From an uncultured delta proteobacterium (GTDB lineage Bacteria > Desulfobacterota > Binatia > Bin18), in assembly GCA_963733195.1 (NCBI GenBank), contig CAVTCR010000050.1:208329-272328 (forward strand): a DNA stretch of 64,000 nucleotides, read 5' to 3'. The notes under the pieces were generated by a model. That model searched no databases. It saw only the letters and a list, made by a program, of their open reading frames with translations, and was not told the DNA's origin. Made by a program: the position numbers and the translations under genes. Below, piece by piece: positions 9,688 through 20,778 of this stretch (position 1 is its first letter; every line of letters begins with the position of its first letter).

Positions 9688-10339
9688 TGTTGATCTCCTT
9701 CACCGGGACGGAAAAAACTTCCTGAAACGCACGGCAGGCCAATTGCACTACTTCACGCATCTCAATAGTAATTCTCACTTCTTGCGCAATACTCGTTACC
9801 GCCGCTTCTGGCAATCCACATGGAACGATATACGAGAATGGGTCAAGATCGACATCAATATTTAACGCAAAGCCATGCAGTGAGGTTCCATGCTGGACTG
9901 CAATACCAACGGCTCCGATTTTTTGCTCTTGCACCCACACACCCGGAAACCCACGTCGACGTTCCACAGCAACACCATAGTTAGCACACAAGTGGCGCAT
10001 TACTTCTTCCAAATGCGCGATAAAAGCCCGCACCCCATAGGAACGAAAAAGGGTCGAAAAAATCGGATACGCTACAAGCTGTCCCGGACCATGATACGTG
10101 GCACTCCCACCCCGCGTACTCGCAACTAGCGAGATCCCCTTCTCTGCAAGTTCCGCACGAGAGCGTAGAAGATGCTCAGTCTGACGGCGATAGCCAAGCG
10201 TCACCACAGGATAGTGTTCTGTAATAAGAACCACATTCTCTCCAGTTTTTCGGCAGCGAGCATGAACGCTCTGCTGTGACCGCAAAGCCCACAGATAATC
10301 AGTCAAACCAAGAGAGGCAACAAGAATCTCCATAGGCAT
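9632..10339 (-). CDS. lipB: Lipoyl(octanoyl) transferase LipB
   Basis: EHYPVVTLG, RGGSATYHGPGQLVAYPI, KIGAVG, HGFALN, IVPCGL. Confidence 0.92.
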   Translation of the reverse strand: MPMEILVASLGLTDYLWALRSQQSVHARCRKTGENVVLITEHYPVVTLGYRRQTEHLLRSRAELAEKGISLVASTRGGSATYHGPGQLVAYPIFSTLFRSYGVRAFIAHLEEVMRHLCANYGVAVERRRGFPGVWVQEQKIGAVGIAVQHGTSLHGFALNIDVDLDPFSYIVPCGLPEAAVTSIAQEVRITIEMREVVQLACRAFQEVFSVPVKEINNEWCCLERKTIAGALDHD

Positions 10340-10414
10340 AGAAGACCAGTACTTGAGACTACTCCACTTAATGTGGAGGCACAAGCAACAAGTATTGACT
10401 CCCCTTCCCCTTAG

Positions 10415-10843
10415 ATGGTACCGCTGTATCCATTCATTATGATGTTAGTGCGCTTGTTGTACAAAAGCTACGCGTTTGTCGCAGGGACTGCCCTGATCCT
10501 GTTAGGAGTGGGGAACTACCTGACAGCTGAATCGAAGGTTCACCATTACCAATCAGTCATGACTACGATTTCTTCATTGCGGCAACCTTCCTCGGATTTT
10601 CTGCCGTACGGAGAGAAAGCCTATTTCCCGAGCGAAGCACACGAACGGTGGGAGATTGCACGAGCGAAGCGTGACTTTTATCAAGTGGTACTCAGTGCAG
10701 GGCGCTTAATGATGGGGATCGGATTCCTTTGTACTGCCGTAAGTTTGATCCGATTACGCCGCCAATACGCCCTGGGAACGGCAACGCTTCTTTCAGCTAC
10801 GATGAGTAGGAATTATGCGCAGAGACCGCCATCTCCCACATAA
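10415..10843 (+). CDS. Hypothetical membrane protein with two TM segments
   Basis: Two hydrophobic segments flanking a soluble loop; directly upstream of the OmpA/MotB gene. Confidence 0.6.
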   Translation: MVPLYPFIMMLVRLLYKSYAFVAGTALILLGVGNYLTAESKVHHYQSVMTTISSLRQPSSDFLPYGEKAYFPSEAHERWEIARAKRDFYQVVLSAGRLMMGIGFLCTAVSLIRLRRQYALGTATLLSATMSRNYAQRPPSPT

Positions 10844-11900
10844 AAACGTACTTACACAAGAATGGGTTCTTGGTGATTTCTCATCAGATGAGCGAATGAG
10901 CCTGATTCCTGTTCGCTCACGTCAGAAAATGCTGTCGCGTAGCAATAAAGAACACAGCCGCTCCCCTATTTTTTCCCTAGCTGCGACGATAGCGTTTCTT
11001 CTTCATCTCGCGGTCTTGCTTTTTCTCTGGCAAAAACCTCATCTCACAACACCAGCGCAGGAGTCGTTAAGCTCACAGGTCACAGAAGTTGAATTTGTTC
11101 CGCTTCTTGATCCCGTTTCCACGGCTCGACTGCCCGCGCCTCCCCCGCAACAGGTATTGCAAGATTTTCATTCATCAGCATTGGCTCGTGCAGAGTCTCT
11201 TGAACACACTCTTACCCAAGCTGTTGCGCAACGAGCCACTGCGGAAGCTGAACAACAACAACATCTCGATGCTCTTGTCATAGCGCAAGCAACACTCCAG
11301 GGCCAAGTAACTTCGCTTGCTGAGGAGAAAGCCGAGATCATCGCGCGACTCGAGAACGAACGCCAGCGTAATGTCACATTGGCGCAGCAAGTCCACGATA
11401 TCCAGCAGGCACGAGACAAGGAACTACAAGAAGTAAAAGAGACTTACGATCGTCTCGTCGCTGCGCTCCAAGGAGAGATCTCACAAAAGGAGATTGCTCT
11501 TCACCAGGCAAAAGATAAACTAACAGTGACTATTCTTGACCGCATCTTGTTTCCCAGCGGTCAGGCAACTCTGACTCCAGAAGGGGAACAACTTATTGAA
11601 AAGGTCGGAGCGATCCTCGTAAAAGTGGCCGGACAACGTATCCTCATCGAAGGACACACGGATAACGTGCCCATCGGAGCAACCCTCAGTACGCGGTTTC
11701 CTTCCAATTGGGAATTGTCGAGCGCTCGCGCTGCAGAGGTCGTCAAATATCTGATTTCCCGTGTTCAACTTTCGCCACAGCAGTTGAACGCGGTTGGACG
11801 AGCAGATACGAGCCCAGTCGCTAGCAACACAAACGAAGAAGGTCGTAGACTCAATCGACGCATCGAGATCATCGTCCTCCCGTTAGAGGCGCAGTCGTAA
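10815..11900 (+). CDS. OmpA/MotB family peptidoglycan-binding protein with coiled coil
   Basis: TM segment, coiled coil, IEGHTDN, SNWELSSARA, NRRIEI; start uncertain. Confidence 0.88.
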   Translation: MRRDRHLPHKNVLTQEWVLGDFSSDERMSLIPVRSRQKMLSRSNKEHSRSPIFSLAATIAFLLHLAVLLFLWQKPHLTTPAQESLSSQVTEVEFVPLLDPVSTARLPAPPPQQVLQDFHSSALARAESLEHTLTQAVAQRATAEAEQQQHLDALVIAQATLQGQVTSLAEEKAEIIARLENERQRNVTLAQQVHDIQQARDKELQEVKETYDRLVAALQGEISQKEIALHQAKDKLTVTILDRILFPSGQATLTPEGEQLIEKVGAILVKVAGQRILIEGHTDNVPIGATLSTRFPSNWELSSARAAEVVKYLISRVQLSPQQLNAVGRADTSPVASNTNEEGRRLNRRIEIIVLPLEAQS

Positions 11901-12041
11901 AGACGTCCATAAGGACATCCACCGAACCCTGCGTTGCCGCTCCTGTTTTCTCTAGGTCTGTAGGCTCGCGGCTCCCCTTGCAGGAGTACAGGGTTACGCT
12001 ATAAATGAGCCACCAGCCTGGAGGAACGTTGAGGAATTTAC

Positions 12042-12743
12042 ATGCTGCGATGGCTTCCGGAGGATGTCTCTCCGTATGGCGCGGGGATCGACGCGCTCTT
12101 CCATCTTATTTACCTCCTTACGGCTATTGTCTTTCTCGCCGTTACCGCTGTCATGATCGTTTTCCTCTTCCGGTACCGTGCCCGAGAAGGTCGGCGAGCG
12201 ATATATACACACGGTAATACCACCGTTGAGATTCTGTGGACGATCGTTCCAGCTGCCATTTTCATCTGGCTTGGGCTGCTCAGTAAGTCGCAGTGGGAAA
12301 AGATCCGCATGACCATGCCTCTCTCAGATACGATGATCCGTGTCACTGCGAAGCAGTTTAATTGGGAGATCCTGTACCCTGGACCGGATAGGCAATTTGG
12401 CACTACCGACGATAAGCAAGTCGATAATGAGATCCATATCCCAGTCGGACAGCCGATTCGCGTCATCATCAGCTCAAAAGATGTCATCCATAGCCTCTTT
12501 CTTCCCAACCTCCGTTTCAAACAAGATGCGGTTCCAGGACGGGACATACAGGCATGGTTTCAAGCAAACAAACCAGGGAAGTACGAAGTTCCCTGTGCCG
12601 AACTCTGCGGCTTCGGCCACTCCGGCATGAAAGGATGGCTGTATGCCCTCTCTGCCGAAGACTATCGACAATGGCAGCGCGAGCAATGGCCACAGGAGAT
12701 TCCGTTATCTGTAGAGACGGAAAAGGGACACCCGGATGAGTAA
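12042..12743 (+). CDS. coxB: Cytochrome c oxidase subunit II
   Basis: EILWTIVP; CuA ligands DVIHS...CAELCGFGHSGM. Confidence 0.95.
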   Translation: MLRWLPEDVSPYGAGIDALFHLIYLLTAIVFLAVTAVMIVFLFRYRAREGRRAIYTHGNTTVEILWTIVPAAIFIWLGLLSKSQWEKIRMTMPLSDTMIRVTAKQFNWEILYPGPDRQFGTTDDKQVDNEIHIPVGQPIRVIISSKDVIHSLFLPNLRFKQDAVPGRDIQAWFQANKPGKYEVPCAELCGFGHSGMKGWLYALSAEDYRQWQREQWPQEIPLSVETEKGHPDE

Positions 12744-14578
12744 AGCCATAGCGCCAGCTTCCTTTTCTGATCATACCGTACCAACTGAACCGCCAGGGTT
12801 CTGGCGAACATATATCTTCTCGCTTGATCACAAAATGATTGGTAAGCAGTTCTTATTCCTGAGCGGTGTGATGCTCGTCTGTGGTGGCCTGCTCGCCATG
12901 TTGATGCGCTGGGAATTAGCCTGGCCGGAAAGCCCACTACCGCTGATCGGCGCGTCGCAACAATTTATCGACAGCGGCACGCCCCAAACGGCAATGGACA
13001 AAACATGGCAGGAATGGCTCGCGCAGGACGAAGCCGAACAAAACTGGCTGGCGCGCACTATGCCTACCGGTGCAGTGACTCCGGCGTTTTACAACTCCTT
13101 GTTCACCATGCACGCCACCATCATGATCTTTTTTGTTGTCACTCCATTTTTGGTGGGTGGATTTGGGAATTTTCTTATCCCGCTCATGATTGGTGCTGGC
13201 GACATGGCCTTCCCGTTCCTCAATATGCTTTCCTTCTGGTTCACGGTGCCCGCCGCAGCACTTGTATTGTACAGTTTTTTTGTTCCAGGCGGAGCCGCGG
13301 CAGGAGGATGGACAATGTACGCAACGCTCTCTGCCAAGGCACAATATAGCGGCGTCGAGTGGGGCGTAGACCTCTGGATTATCAGCCTGATTTTGCTGAG
13401 CGTGGCCTCACTCATGGGGTCGATCAACTACATTACCACGATCATCAACATGCGAGCGCCGGGAATGATCGTGGTTTCGCCTGCCGCTGACGATATGGTC
13501 ACTGTTTGTTACTGCGATTTTGTTGTTACTTGCCTTGCCGGTTCTCACGGCAGCGTTGTTGCTGTTATTATTTGATCGAACGATGGGAACAAGCTTTTTC
13601 TTACCCGAAGGCGGTGGGGAACCATTACTGTGGCAACACTTATTTTGGTTCTTCGGCCATCCTGAAGTCTACATTTTGGTGCTCCCCGCAATGGGAGTGA
13701 CATCAGAAATTCTATCGACCTTCTCTCGTAAGCCAATTTTTGGTTACCGTGCGATGGTCTTGTCTATGATATCTCTAGCGTTCCTGTCGTGGGTTGTCTG
13801 GGGGCATCACATGTTTCAAAGTGGTATGAATCCCGCCCTCGGCACCGCGTTTATGCTCACAACCATGGTCATCGCCGTTCCATCCGCGATTAAGACATTC
13901 AATTGGCTCGGGACTCTATGGGGAGGAAATATCCAGTTTACCAGCCCGATGCTGTTCGCCCTCGGTTTTATTTCCAACTTCGTGATCGGCGGGTTGAGTG
14001 GTATCTACATGGCCTCAACCCCGGTCGATATCTATATTCACGACACCTACTTCGTCGTTGCCCACTTTCACTACGTTGTCGCTGGGATTATCTTTGGCAT
14101 GTTTGCTGGGTTGTACTATTGGTTTCCCAAAATGTTCGGACGTCTCCTCAATGAACCTCTTGGGAAAGTGCACTTCTTTCTCACGTATGTATTCTTTAAT
14201 ACCACGTTCTTTCCTATGCATTTCCTGGGAGTCGCAGGCCATATACGTCGTATCTATAACCCCACACAATACGAATTTCTCCATCCTATGCAGGAGTGGA
14301 ACCTTTTTATCACTTATAGTGCCTTCTGTTTGTTTCTTGCCCAACTGCCATTTTGCGTAAACCTCATCTGGAGCCTCAGGTACGGACGAAGAGCAGAGGC
14401 CAATCCGTGGTTCGCTAACACACTCGAATGGAGTGTTCCCTCCCCGCCTACACATGGGAATTTTGTAGTGACGCCAACTGTGTACCGTGGCCCGTACGAA
14501 TACAGTTCTCCACTAGTCACCGAAGACTGGTTACCACAGGATCGGGTACTGAGTCCGGCAACTGTTGCTGCACGATAA
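12736..14578 (+). CDS. coxA: Cytochrome c oxidase subunit I, A1 type (frameshift near 13470)
   Basis: DHKMIG, TMHATIMIF, WFFGHPEVYIL, VWGHHMF, HDTYFVVAHFH across two frames. Confidence 0.95.
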
Positions 14579-14585
14579 CTTGATT

Positions 14586-15531
14586 ATGAAAACCTTTTCG
14601 TTGAACTCCCCGTCGCCTTCACCGTGGCCGCACCGCTTCGCGTTGCTCACCACACTGGCGACACTGCCGCTGTTGTTTATCGGCGGATTAGTCACCAGCA
14701 CGAATTCTGGACTGGCCGTACCGGATTGGCCGACCACGTTCGGTGAGAATATGTTTCTCTATCCCTGGTCAAAGATGGTGGGAGGAATTTTCTACGAACA
14801 CAGTCATCGCCTGTTTGGTTCGCTGGTCGGCTTTTTGACGATCTTCCTGGCGATCTCTCTGTGGGTAACAGAACCGCGGCAATGGCTACGCTGGCTTGGG
14901 GTTGTTGCGCTTGGCGCGGTCATTGTTCAAGGCATCCTCGGTGGTCTTACGAGTCACCCTGCTTGAACAGACGCTTGCGATTGTTCATGCATGCTTTGCT
15001 CAGGCGTTCTTCGCACTCGCCGCCAGCCTCGTCCTTTTTACTTCCGCCGAATGGCGCACCCCCATTGTCCCACAGGCTGCTCCAGATGCAGGAAGAGTTC
15101 AGCGCCTTGGCGTCCTCACCACAGGACTCATTTATGTACAGTTAATTTTCGGCGCTATCCTCCGCCATCGTGGAGCAGCAGATATGCTCCATATCGCCGG
15201 GGCAGTAATCGTTACCGTCCACGTGATATTGCTCGCAGCACGAGTGACACGGAACTACGACAACCTTCCTGTACTGGTGAAGACTGCACGTTGCTTACTC
15301 AGTCTCCTGGTTGTACAGCTGTTGCTTGGTATTGGCGCCTATCTTGGGAAATTCACCCAGTCTGGAACCGCGCTAAATCCTTATGTCGTGCCGCTTGCGA
15401 CGACACATGTGGTTGTAGGTGCACTTATGCTTGTGACCTGTCTTATTTTAACTCTGCGGTCGTATCGTCTGTTGACGCCTCAGCCTCTGACGCTACAATC
15501 TCACACATTATCGAAGCAGGCTTCCCTATGA
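14586..15531 (+). CDS. ctaA: Heme A synthase COX15/CtaA (frameshift near 14950)
   Basis: SGLAVPDWP, FYEHSHRL, QGILGG, VHACFAQ. Confidence 0.88.
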
Positions 15532-16442
15532 CACCATCGACAGATTCGAATCTCGTTCTGGATGTTTCGGCTTCTCGCATACGACGACGGGCAGTTGACT
15601 ACTTCGAGCTGACTAAACCACGGATTGTCGCCATGATCTTGATTACCACTGCCGCAGGGTTTTATCTTGGCGCACAAGGATCTCCCGACTATTTGGTCCT
15701 GCTCCATACGCTGATCGGTACAGCTCTCACTGCCGGTGGCACCCTGGCACTCAATCAATTGATGGAACGAGAAGCTGATGCCCTGATGGTTCGTACACGT
15801 ACCCGACCACTCCCAGACGGGAGACTGTTACCAGTTGACGCTTTGGTATTCGGTCTTTTACTCACAGTTTGTGGGATCGGCTATCTCGTATGGGCGTCGT
15901 TATGGCGGAGCGCTTCAGTCACCGCTCTTATCGTCGTTACGTACCTTCTCATGTACACACCACTCAAACAGCGAACTTCGTTGTGCAGCCTTATAGGGGC
16001 AGTTCCTGGAGCACTCCCTCCTGTCATTGGTTGGGCAGCCGTACGCGGGTCACTTGGCATCGAGGCGTGGATCTTATTCACAATTATGTTTCTATGGCAG
16101 GTCCCACACTCACTGGCCATTGGTTGGCTGTATCGTGACGATTTCGCCAAAGCCAAGTTTTGCTTGCTCCCCGTCATCGATCCTAATGGAAAAGCTACTG
16201 GACGCCAGGTAGTTCTTAATTGCGTTCTCCTTTTTGCGGTCGGTTTTCTTCCAGTACTTATTGGTTTTGCAGGTATGGGCTACTGCGTTGCCGCCTTTTT
16301 TCTCGGCGGCCTTTTTCTCTGGTATGGGGTCAATTTTGCACGCTTACGTTCGCTCGTTGCGGCTCGGCAGCTTCTCTTTGCGTCGCTAATTTATCTACCC
16401 GCAATTCTCACTGCACTCGCATTAGACAAAGTCTGGTCGTGA
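15528..16442 (+). CDS. ctaB: Protoheme IX farnesyltransferase (heme O synthase)
   Basis: ELTKPRI, DALMVRTRTRPLP, YTPLK, GAVPGALPP, WQVPH. Confidence 0.93.
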   Translation: MTPSTDSNLVLDVSASRIRRRAVDYFELTKPRIVAMILITTAAGFYLGAQGSPDYLVLLHTLIGTALTAGGTLALNQLMEREADALMVRTRTRPLPDGRLLPVDALVFGLLLTVCGIGYLVWASLWRSASVTALIVVTYLLMYTPLKQRTSLCSLIGAVPGALPPVIGWAAVRGSLGIEAWILFTIMFLWQVPHSLAIGWLYRDDFAKAKFCLLPVIDPNGKATGRQVVLNCVLLFAVGFLPVLIGFAGMGYCVAAFFLGGLFLWYGVNFARLRSLVAARQLLFASLIYLPAILTALALDKVWS

Positions 16443-16460
16443 ACCGGCAAGGGAAACACA

Positions 16461-17108
16461 ATGCCAAGCCAAGAATCTTCGTTTGGTAAAGTCATTGAGT
16501 TTCCGCTCAAGCAACAACGGGCTCGACTCGACCAAGTCCCCCTGCCCTCATCTGAAGTCTCCTCCATCAGCAGCGCACGCCTTGCTATGCTCTTATTCAT
16601 TGGTTCTGAAGCTATGTTGTTTGCCGGGCTACTTGCCGTTTATGCGGCACTGCGTTTTGGTTCCCTCAACTGGCCCCCTGCACACCTGTATCTTCCGATT
16701 AAGGTCACGGGGGTCAACACCACATTTCTTCTGTTCAGTTGCTACACAATGTGGAAAGCCCTCAGAGCAGGTCGTGCAAACCATCAAGAGAAACTTGTCT
16801 TCTTCTTGAATATCACCGGTCTCCTCGGCGTGGTCTTTCTGTGTATTCAAGGCTATGAATGGGTCCAGATTCTTCGCGAAGGGGTGATGACGAAGGCACG
16901 TATCTATGGCTCGACCTTTTATCTACTGATTGGCTGCCATGCCCTTCATGTATTCGGAGCCGTTGTATGGCTGTGGATCGTTATCCGCTGGGCAAAACAA
17001 GGGCAACTGCTAGCCTCGCGTTTTATCAGAGCTGAACTGTGCGGTATGTATTGGTACTTTGTCGGCGCAGTGTGGGCAGTTTTATTTCCGCTCGTATATC
17101 TCAGTTGA
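16461..17108 (+). CDS. coxC: Cytochrome c oxidase subunit III (copy 1)
   Basis: LFIGSEAMLF, NTTFLLFS, QGYEW, GCHALHV, YWYFV. Confidence 0.88.
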   Translation: MPSQESSFGKVIEFPLKQQRARLDQVPLPSSEVSSISSARLAMLLFIGSEAMLFAGLLAVYAALRFGSLNWPPAHLYLPIKVTGVNTTFLLFSCYTMWKALRAGRANHQEKLVFFLNITGLLGVVFLCIQGYEWVQILREGVMTKARIYGSTFYLLIGCHALHVFGAVVWLWIVIRWAKQGQLLASRFIRAELCGMYWYFVGAVWAVLFPLVYLS

Positions 17109-17123
17109 TGCTGAGGAAATATC

Positions 17124-17447
17124 GTGGCCGGTCGTTTTTCATACTGCTTATGCCTCTTCACGCGACCGATTCCCTTGCTCTCGTTCCTCGTTCTTTTTGC
17201 TTCATATCTCGGCGTACCAGAGAGTATTGCCCAAGGATGTGCCATGTGTCAGACCGTCATGCCACATGGCAGTGACCCCATGGCCCGAGGGCTGTTCTGG
17301 GGAGTATTCATTCTGCTGGTTGCACCGTTTTTGGTGGTTGGTGCGATCGGGGCATGGCTTTATTATCACTCCAGTATCACCCGTCGTACTTCAACGCCTG
17401 CACCGATGGTATTGCTCTCAGAACGAGGCTACACCCAGGACCAGTAG
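17124..17447 (+). CDS. Small membrane protein with GCAMC motif in cox operon
   Basis: Signal-like segment, CAMC, one TM helix; fills the gap between two subunit III genes. Confidence 0.6.
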   Translation: MAGRFSYCLCLFTRPIPLLSFLVLFASYLGVPESIAQGCAMCQTVMPHGSDPMARGLFWGVFILLVAPFLVVGAIGAWLYYHSSITRRTSTPAPMVLLSERGYTQDQ

Positions 17448-18073
17448 TGACAGACTCTTCATTCACTATGCAGTCCACTGCTTCCTCGATGGAAGTCGAA
17501 GGGAGTTGTCCTCACATACATCCAGGCAAACTTGGTATGTGGGCGTTCCTGATCAGCGACGCTGTCACTTTTACCACGCTCCTCGTCAGTAGCAGCCTTC
17601 TCCGCATATGGAGTCATGATTGGCCGGTTCCGGCAGAGGTTCTTAACCTCCCAGTCGCAGGATTCATGACCAGCCTCTTACTTGCCAGCAGTATCGCAAT
17701 GGCCCTTTCACTCGCAGCCCTCAAGCAAGGAAATCAACTACGTTTCAAAATCGCCCTACTACTCACCATTCTTGGTGGTTTTTCGTTTCTTCTCTTACAA
17801 GCCTGGGAATGGTCACACCTCATCCATCAAAGACTCACCCTTTCGCACAACCCGTGGGGCGCACGGTTGTTTGGTGCTTCCTTCTACGTTCTGACCGGTT
17901 TTCACGGCTGTCATGTTATCGCTGGAATCGTGTACTTGATCATTATCCTTCTACGAGGGTGGCAGGGTCGGTATCATCCTGAAAATACCAGTCCAGTCGC
18001 CATTGCTGGATTGTACTGGTACTTCGTTGACGTGGCTTGGCTCTTTATCCTTTTTGTTGTCTATTTGCTGTAA
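17447..18073 (+). CDS. coxC: Cytochrome c oxidase subunit III (copy 2)
   Basis: GKLGMWAFLISD, QAWEW, LTGFHGCHV, GLYWYFVD. Confidence 0.88.
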   Translation: MTDSSFTMQSTASSMEVEGSCPHIHPGKLGMWAFLISDAVTFTTLLVSSSLLRIWSHDWPVPAEVLNLPVAGFMTSLLLASSIAMALSLAALKQGNQLRFKIALLLTILGGFSFLLLQAWEWSHLIHQRLTLSHNPWGARLFGASFYVLTGFHGCHVIAGIVYLIIILLRGWQGRYHPENTSPVAIAGLYWYFVDVAWLFILFVVYLL

Positions 18074-18105
18074 CGCGATTTATCACTGTTTGTCATACGT
18101 TTTCT

Positions 18106-18540
18106 ATGCTGGAACTGTCGCAACTCCCTACCTTTAACGCTAGCCTGAACGCGACGAGTGCACTATTACTCCTAACAGGTTATTACTTCATCCGTCAGCA
18201 GAATATATCAGCCCACCGCCTCTGTATGACGTCGGCCTTTGTGGTTTCAATCCTGTTTCTCTGCTCCTATCTGTATTATCATGCGCATGCTGGTAGCACG
18301 CGCTTCATGGGTGTCGGTTGGATTCGGCCAGTCTACTTCACCATTCTGCTGTCGCACACCATCCTCGCCGCTATCGTTCCGATACTGGCCATAGTCACTT
18401 TGTATCGTGCGTTGAGACAAGAATTGGACAAACACCGCCGCATCGCACGGTGGACGTTACCGATCTGGTTGTACGTTTCACTCACCGGAGTGGTGATTTA
18501 TTGGCTCCTCTACCATGGCTATGGACCACAACGTGGATAA
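18106..18540 (+). CDS. DUF420 family membrane protein
   Basis: LPTFNASLN, HRLCM, YFTILLSH, HRRIARWTLPIWLYVSLTGV. Confidence 0.9.
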   Translation: MLELSQLPTFNASLNATSALLLLTGYYFIRQQNISAHRLCMTSAFVVSILFLCSYLYYHAHAGSTRFMGVGWIRPVYFTILLSHTILAAIVPILAIVTLYRALRQELDKHRRIARWTLPIWLYVSLTGVVIYWLLYHGYGPQRG

Positions 18541-18572
18541 AGGAATGGAGAAATTGTGATTTGAACGGATGG

Positions 18573-18860
18573 TTATATTTCCGAACCGATAAGAAACAAG
18601 AAAAGCGTGTAGGCAGGAACGAGCGCGGTGATAAAAGCCCCCGGGAAAAGAAAATAGGTCAAGGCCTCTTCTCGGCGTTCCAGCACCATCCTCTGCGCAT
18701 GTTTGGCAAAATAGAAACTCGCACTAATAAGATATAGAGAAATCAGCCAGGGGACTCTCAACCCCAAGCTTTGCCTTTCGACCAGGTCAGCTAAAAGTAA
18801 AAAGACACCAAGACACATCAAGATACGCAGTTGCAACAGGGTCCGTTTTTCTGCATTCAT
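18573..18860 (-). CDS. Hypothetical small membrane protein
   Basis: 95 aa with three hydrophobic segments, downstream of the ABC-2 genes. Confidence 0.5.
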   Translation of the reverse strand: MNAEKRTLLQLRILMCLGVFLLLADLVERQSLGLRVPWLISLYLISASFYFAKHAQRMVLERREEALTYFLFPGAFITALVPAYTLFLFLIGSEI

Positions 18861-19006
18861 TTTCTACTCTCTGCACGACTAGCTCAATCGTAGGTGTGAA
18901 GGTCGGCTTGCCGTATGCAGGAGGTTTTCCTCCACAACAGTCAGTCGCCTCCCTCGTCATTCCTATCGGCAACCTTTCTGGTTGCCTTTAGGGAAGGAGG
19001 AGAAGG

Positions 19007-19789
19007 TTATTGGAAATGTCGCCGGGCGGTATAGGTAGCGAGAAGAAAGGACCCAAGCGCAAACAACACAGTAATGAACAGGGACGGAAGCAACTGCGGG
19101 ATCGGACCGACCGTTGTAGGCGTAGTGAAGTATAAGCACCGCCGCAGCGCAGCCATTCCGTAGGTCAAGGGATTCAATTGCATGATCCACGTAAACCACG
19201 TAGGCAGTCCTGCCGTTGGAAAGAATGCTCCTGAAAGGAACCAGATCGGCATAAGAATCAGGTTCATCACCGCATGGAATCCTTGTACGGATTCCATGCG
19301 CCATGCGATGATCAGCCCGATATTACTCAACGCTAAAGCGACGAGAAACATCACACCAATGGCAAACAATGCAGAAGTAAGACTGAGAGGAATCCCAGCC
19401 ACTGGGGCAAGGAGCAACAATAGCGTCCCTTGCAATACTGCCAAGGTGGTACTACCAAGCGCTTGTCCGAGGATCACGCTCATACGCGAAACTGGCGCGA
19501 CGAGAACACCTTGAAGAAAGCCCATCTTGCGATCCTCAATAACAGCAATGGTCGCAAAGATGGCAGTAAATAGCAGAGCTAGAAGAATAATTCCCGGATA
19601 AAAGTACTCAAGGTATCCACTTCCTTCAGGCGCTCCTGGGGGTCGAAAGGATGCACTAAACCCTCCGCCCAATAACAACCAAAATGTTAAAGGTTGGGCA
19701 AACGCCCCAATCACGCGGCTTCGTTGTCGCATGAAGCGGACAATTTCTCTGTGCCAGAGCGCACACACTGGTAACCAAAAATTTCTCAT
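19007..19789 (-). CDS. ABC-2 type transporter permease
   Basis: REIVRF, EDRKMGFLQGVLVAPVSR, FLSGAFFP, NPLTY. Confidence 0.9.
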   Translation of the reverse strand: MRNFWLPVCALWHREIVRFMRQRSRVIGAFAQPLTFWLLLGGGFSASFRPPGAPEGSGYLEYFYPGIILLALLFTAIFATIAVIEDRKMGFLQGVLVAPVSRMSVILGQALGSTTLAVLQGTLLLLLAPVAGIPLSLTSALFAIGVMFLVALALSNIGLIIAWRMESVQGFHAVMNLILMPIWFLSGAFFPTAGLPTWFTWIMQLNPLTYGMAALRRCLYFTTPTTVGPIPQLLPSLFITVLFALGSFLLATYTARRHFQ

Positions 19790-20778
19790 GCCGCTTGCTC
19801 CGTATTCTGTTCCTCGTCCCAGAATCGATGACCGGTTTGGTGAATGAACACATCTTCGAGTGTTGGTTTACCAAAGGTGACCGACTGGACTTCTCCAGGA
19901 AAGGCTTCAACGACCTCACGAACAAATTCGTGCCCTTGTGATCGCTCAACCCGCAGAGTTCCATCAACCAGCATCGGCTCACAGGCAAAACGTTGCATCA
20001 GCTTCTCTCGCAGAGCGGAAACATTCTGCGTACGAATCGCGACAACGTCGCCACCAACCTGCGCTTTCAGTTTGTCCGGGGTATCAAGTGCGACGAGTTT
20101 CCCTTGATGAAGTATACCAACACGATCACAGCGCTCTGCCTCTTCCATAATATGGGTCGTCAGTACAATTGTCGTTCCTCCTTGATCTCGCAGGAGGTGA
20201 AGGTAGTCGTTGAAGTCCCGACGAGCACCGGGGTCGAGTCCTGTGCTCGGTTCGTCCAACAGGAGTAAGGTTGGCTGATGTAACAATCCTTTGGCTAATT
20301 CCACACGTCGCTGCAAACCACCAGAGAGCGTTACCACCATATCTTGGGTTCGGTCGTTTAAACCCAACCGTTGAAGGACAACGTCCATCCGATCCCGTAG
20401 AGTTTTTCCGCTCATTCCGTATAAATGGCCGTGGCATCTGAGATTTTCAGCTACGGTCAGTTTGGGATCAAGGCTAGGATACTGGAAAACTACGCCAATA
20501 CGCGCACGCACTCCTTGAGGATCATGCAGGATATCTTCGTCAAACAAACGGACGGTGCCACTCGTTGCTGGAATTAGTGTCGAGAGAATCTTAAAGAGGG
20601 TCGATTTTCCTCCACCATTGGGTCCAAGGAGCGCGAAAATCTCGCCGGAAGGGATGGAAAAGGAAACATCATCTAGGGCAACTCGCGTACCGTATACATG
20701 GCGAAGGTGAGAAATAGCTACAACGGCAACAGAATTCACAAGCGCGGACTCCTCCTGAGCAACGTAAAGATTCCCCAC
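19786..20778 (-). CDS. ABC transporter ATP-binding protein (DrrA-like)
   Basis: GPNGGGKST, LSGG, LLLDEPSTGLD, C-terminal PTLEDVF. Confidence 0.92.
   Translation of the reverse strand: MGNLYVAQEESALVNSVAVVAISHLRHVYGTRVALDDVSFSIPSGEIFALLGPNGGGKSTLFKILSTLIPATSGTVRLFDEDILHDPQGVRARIGVVFQYPSLDPKLTVAENLRCHGHLYGMSGKTLRDRMDVVLQRLGLNDRTQDMVVTLSGGLQRRVELAKGLLHQPTLLLLDEPSTGLDPGARRDFNDYLHLLRDQGGTTIVLTTHIMEEAERCDRVGILHQGKLVALDTPDKLKAQVGGDVVAIRTQNVSALREKLMQRFACEPMLVDGTLRVERSQGHEFVREVVEAFPGEVQSVTFGKPTLEDVFIHQTGHRFWDEEQNTEQAA

Noticed and set aside
12736-14578. Programmed frameshifting or a naturally split coxA (likewise clpB)
   Set aside because: No consistent slippery site, and too many unrelated genes show the same kind of break.
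18787-18972. Short Cys-containing ORF (DCCGGK) as a metal-binding peptide
   Set aside because: It overlaps the neighbouring membrane-protein ORF and has no supporting homology.
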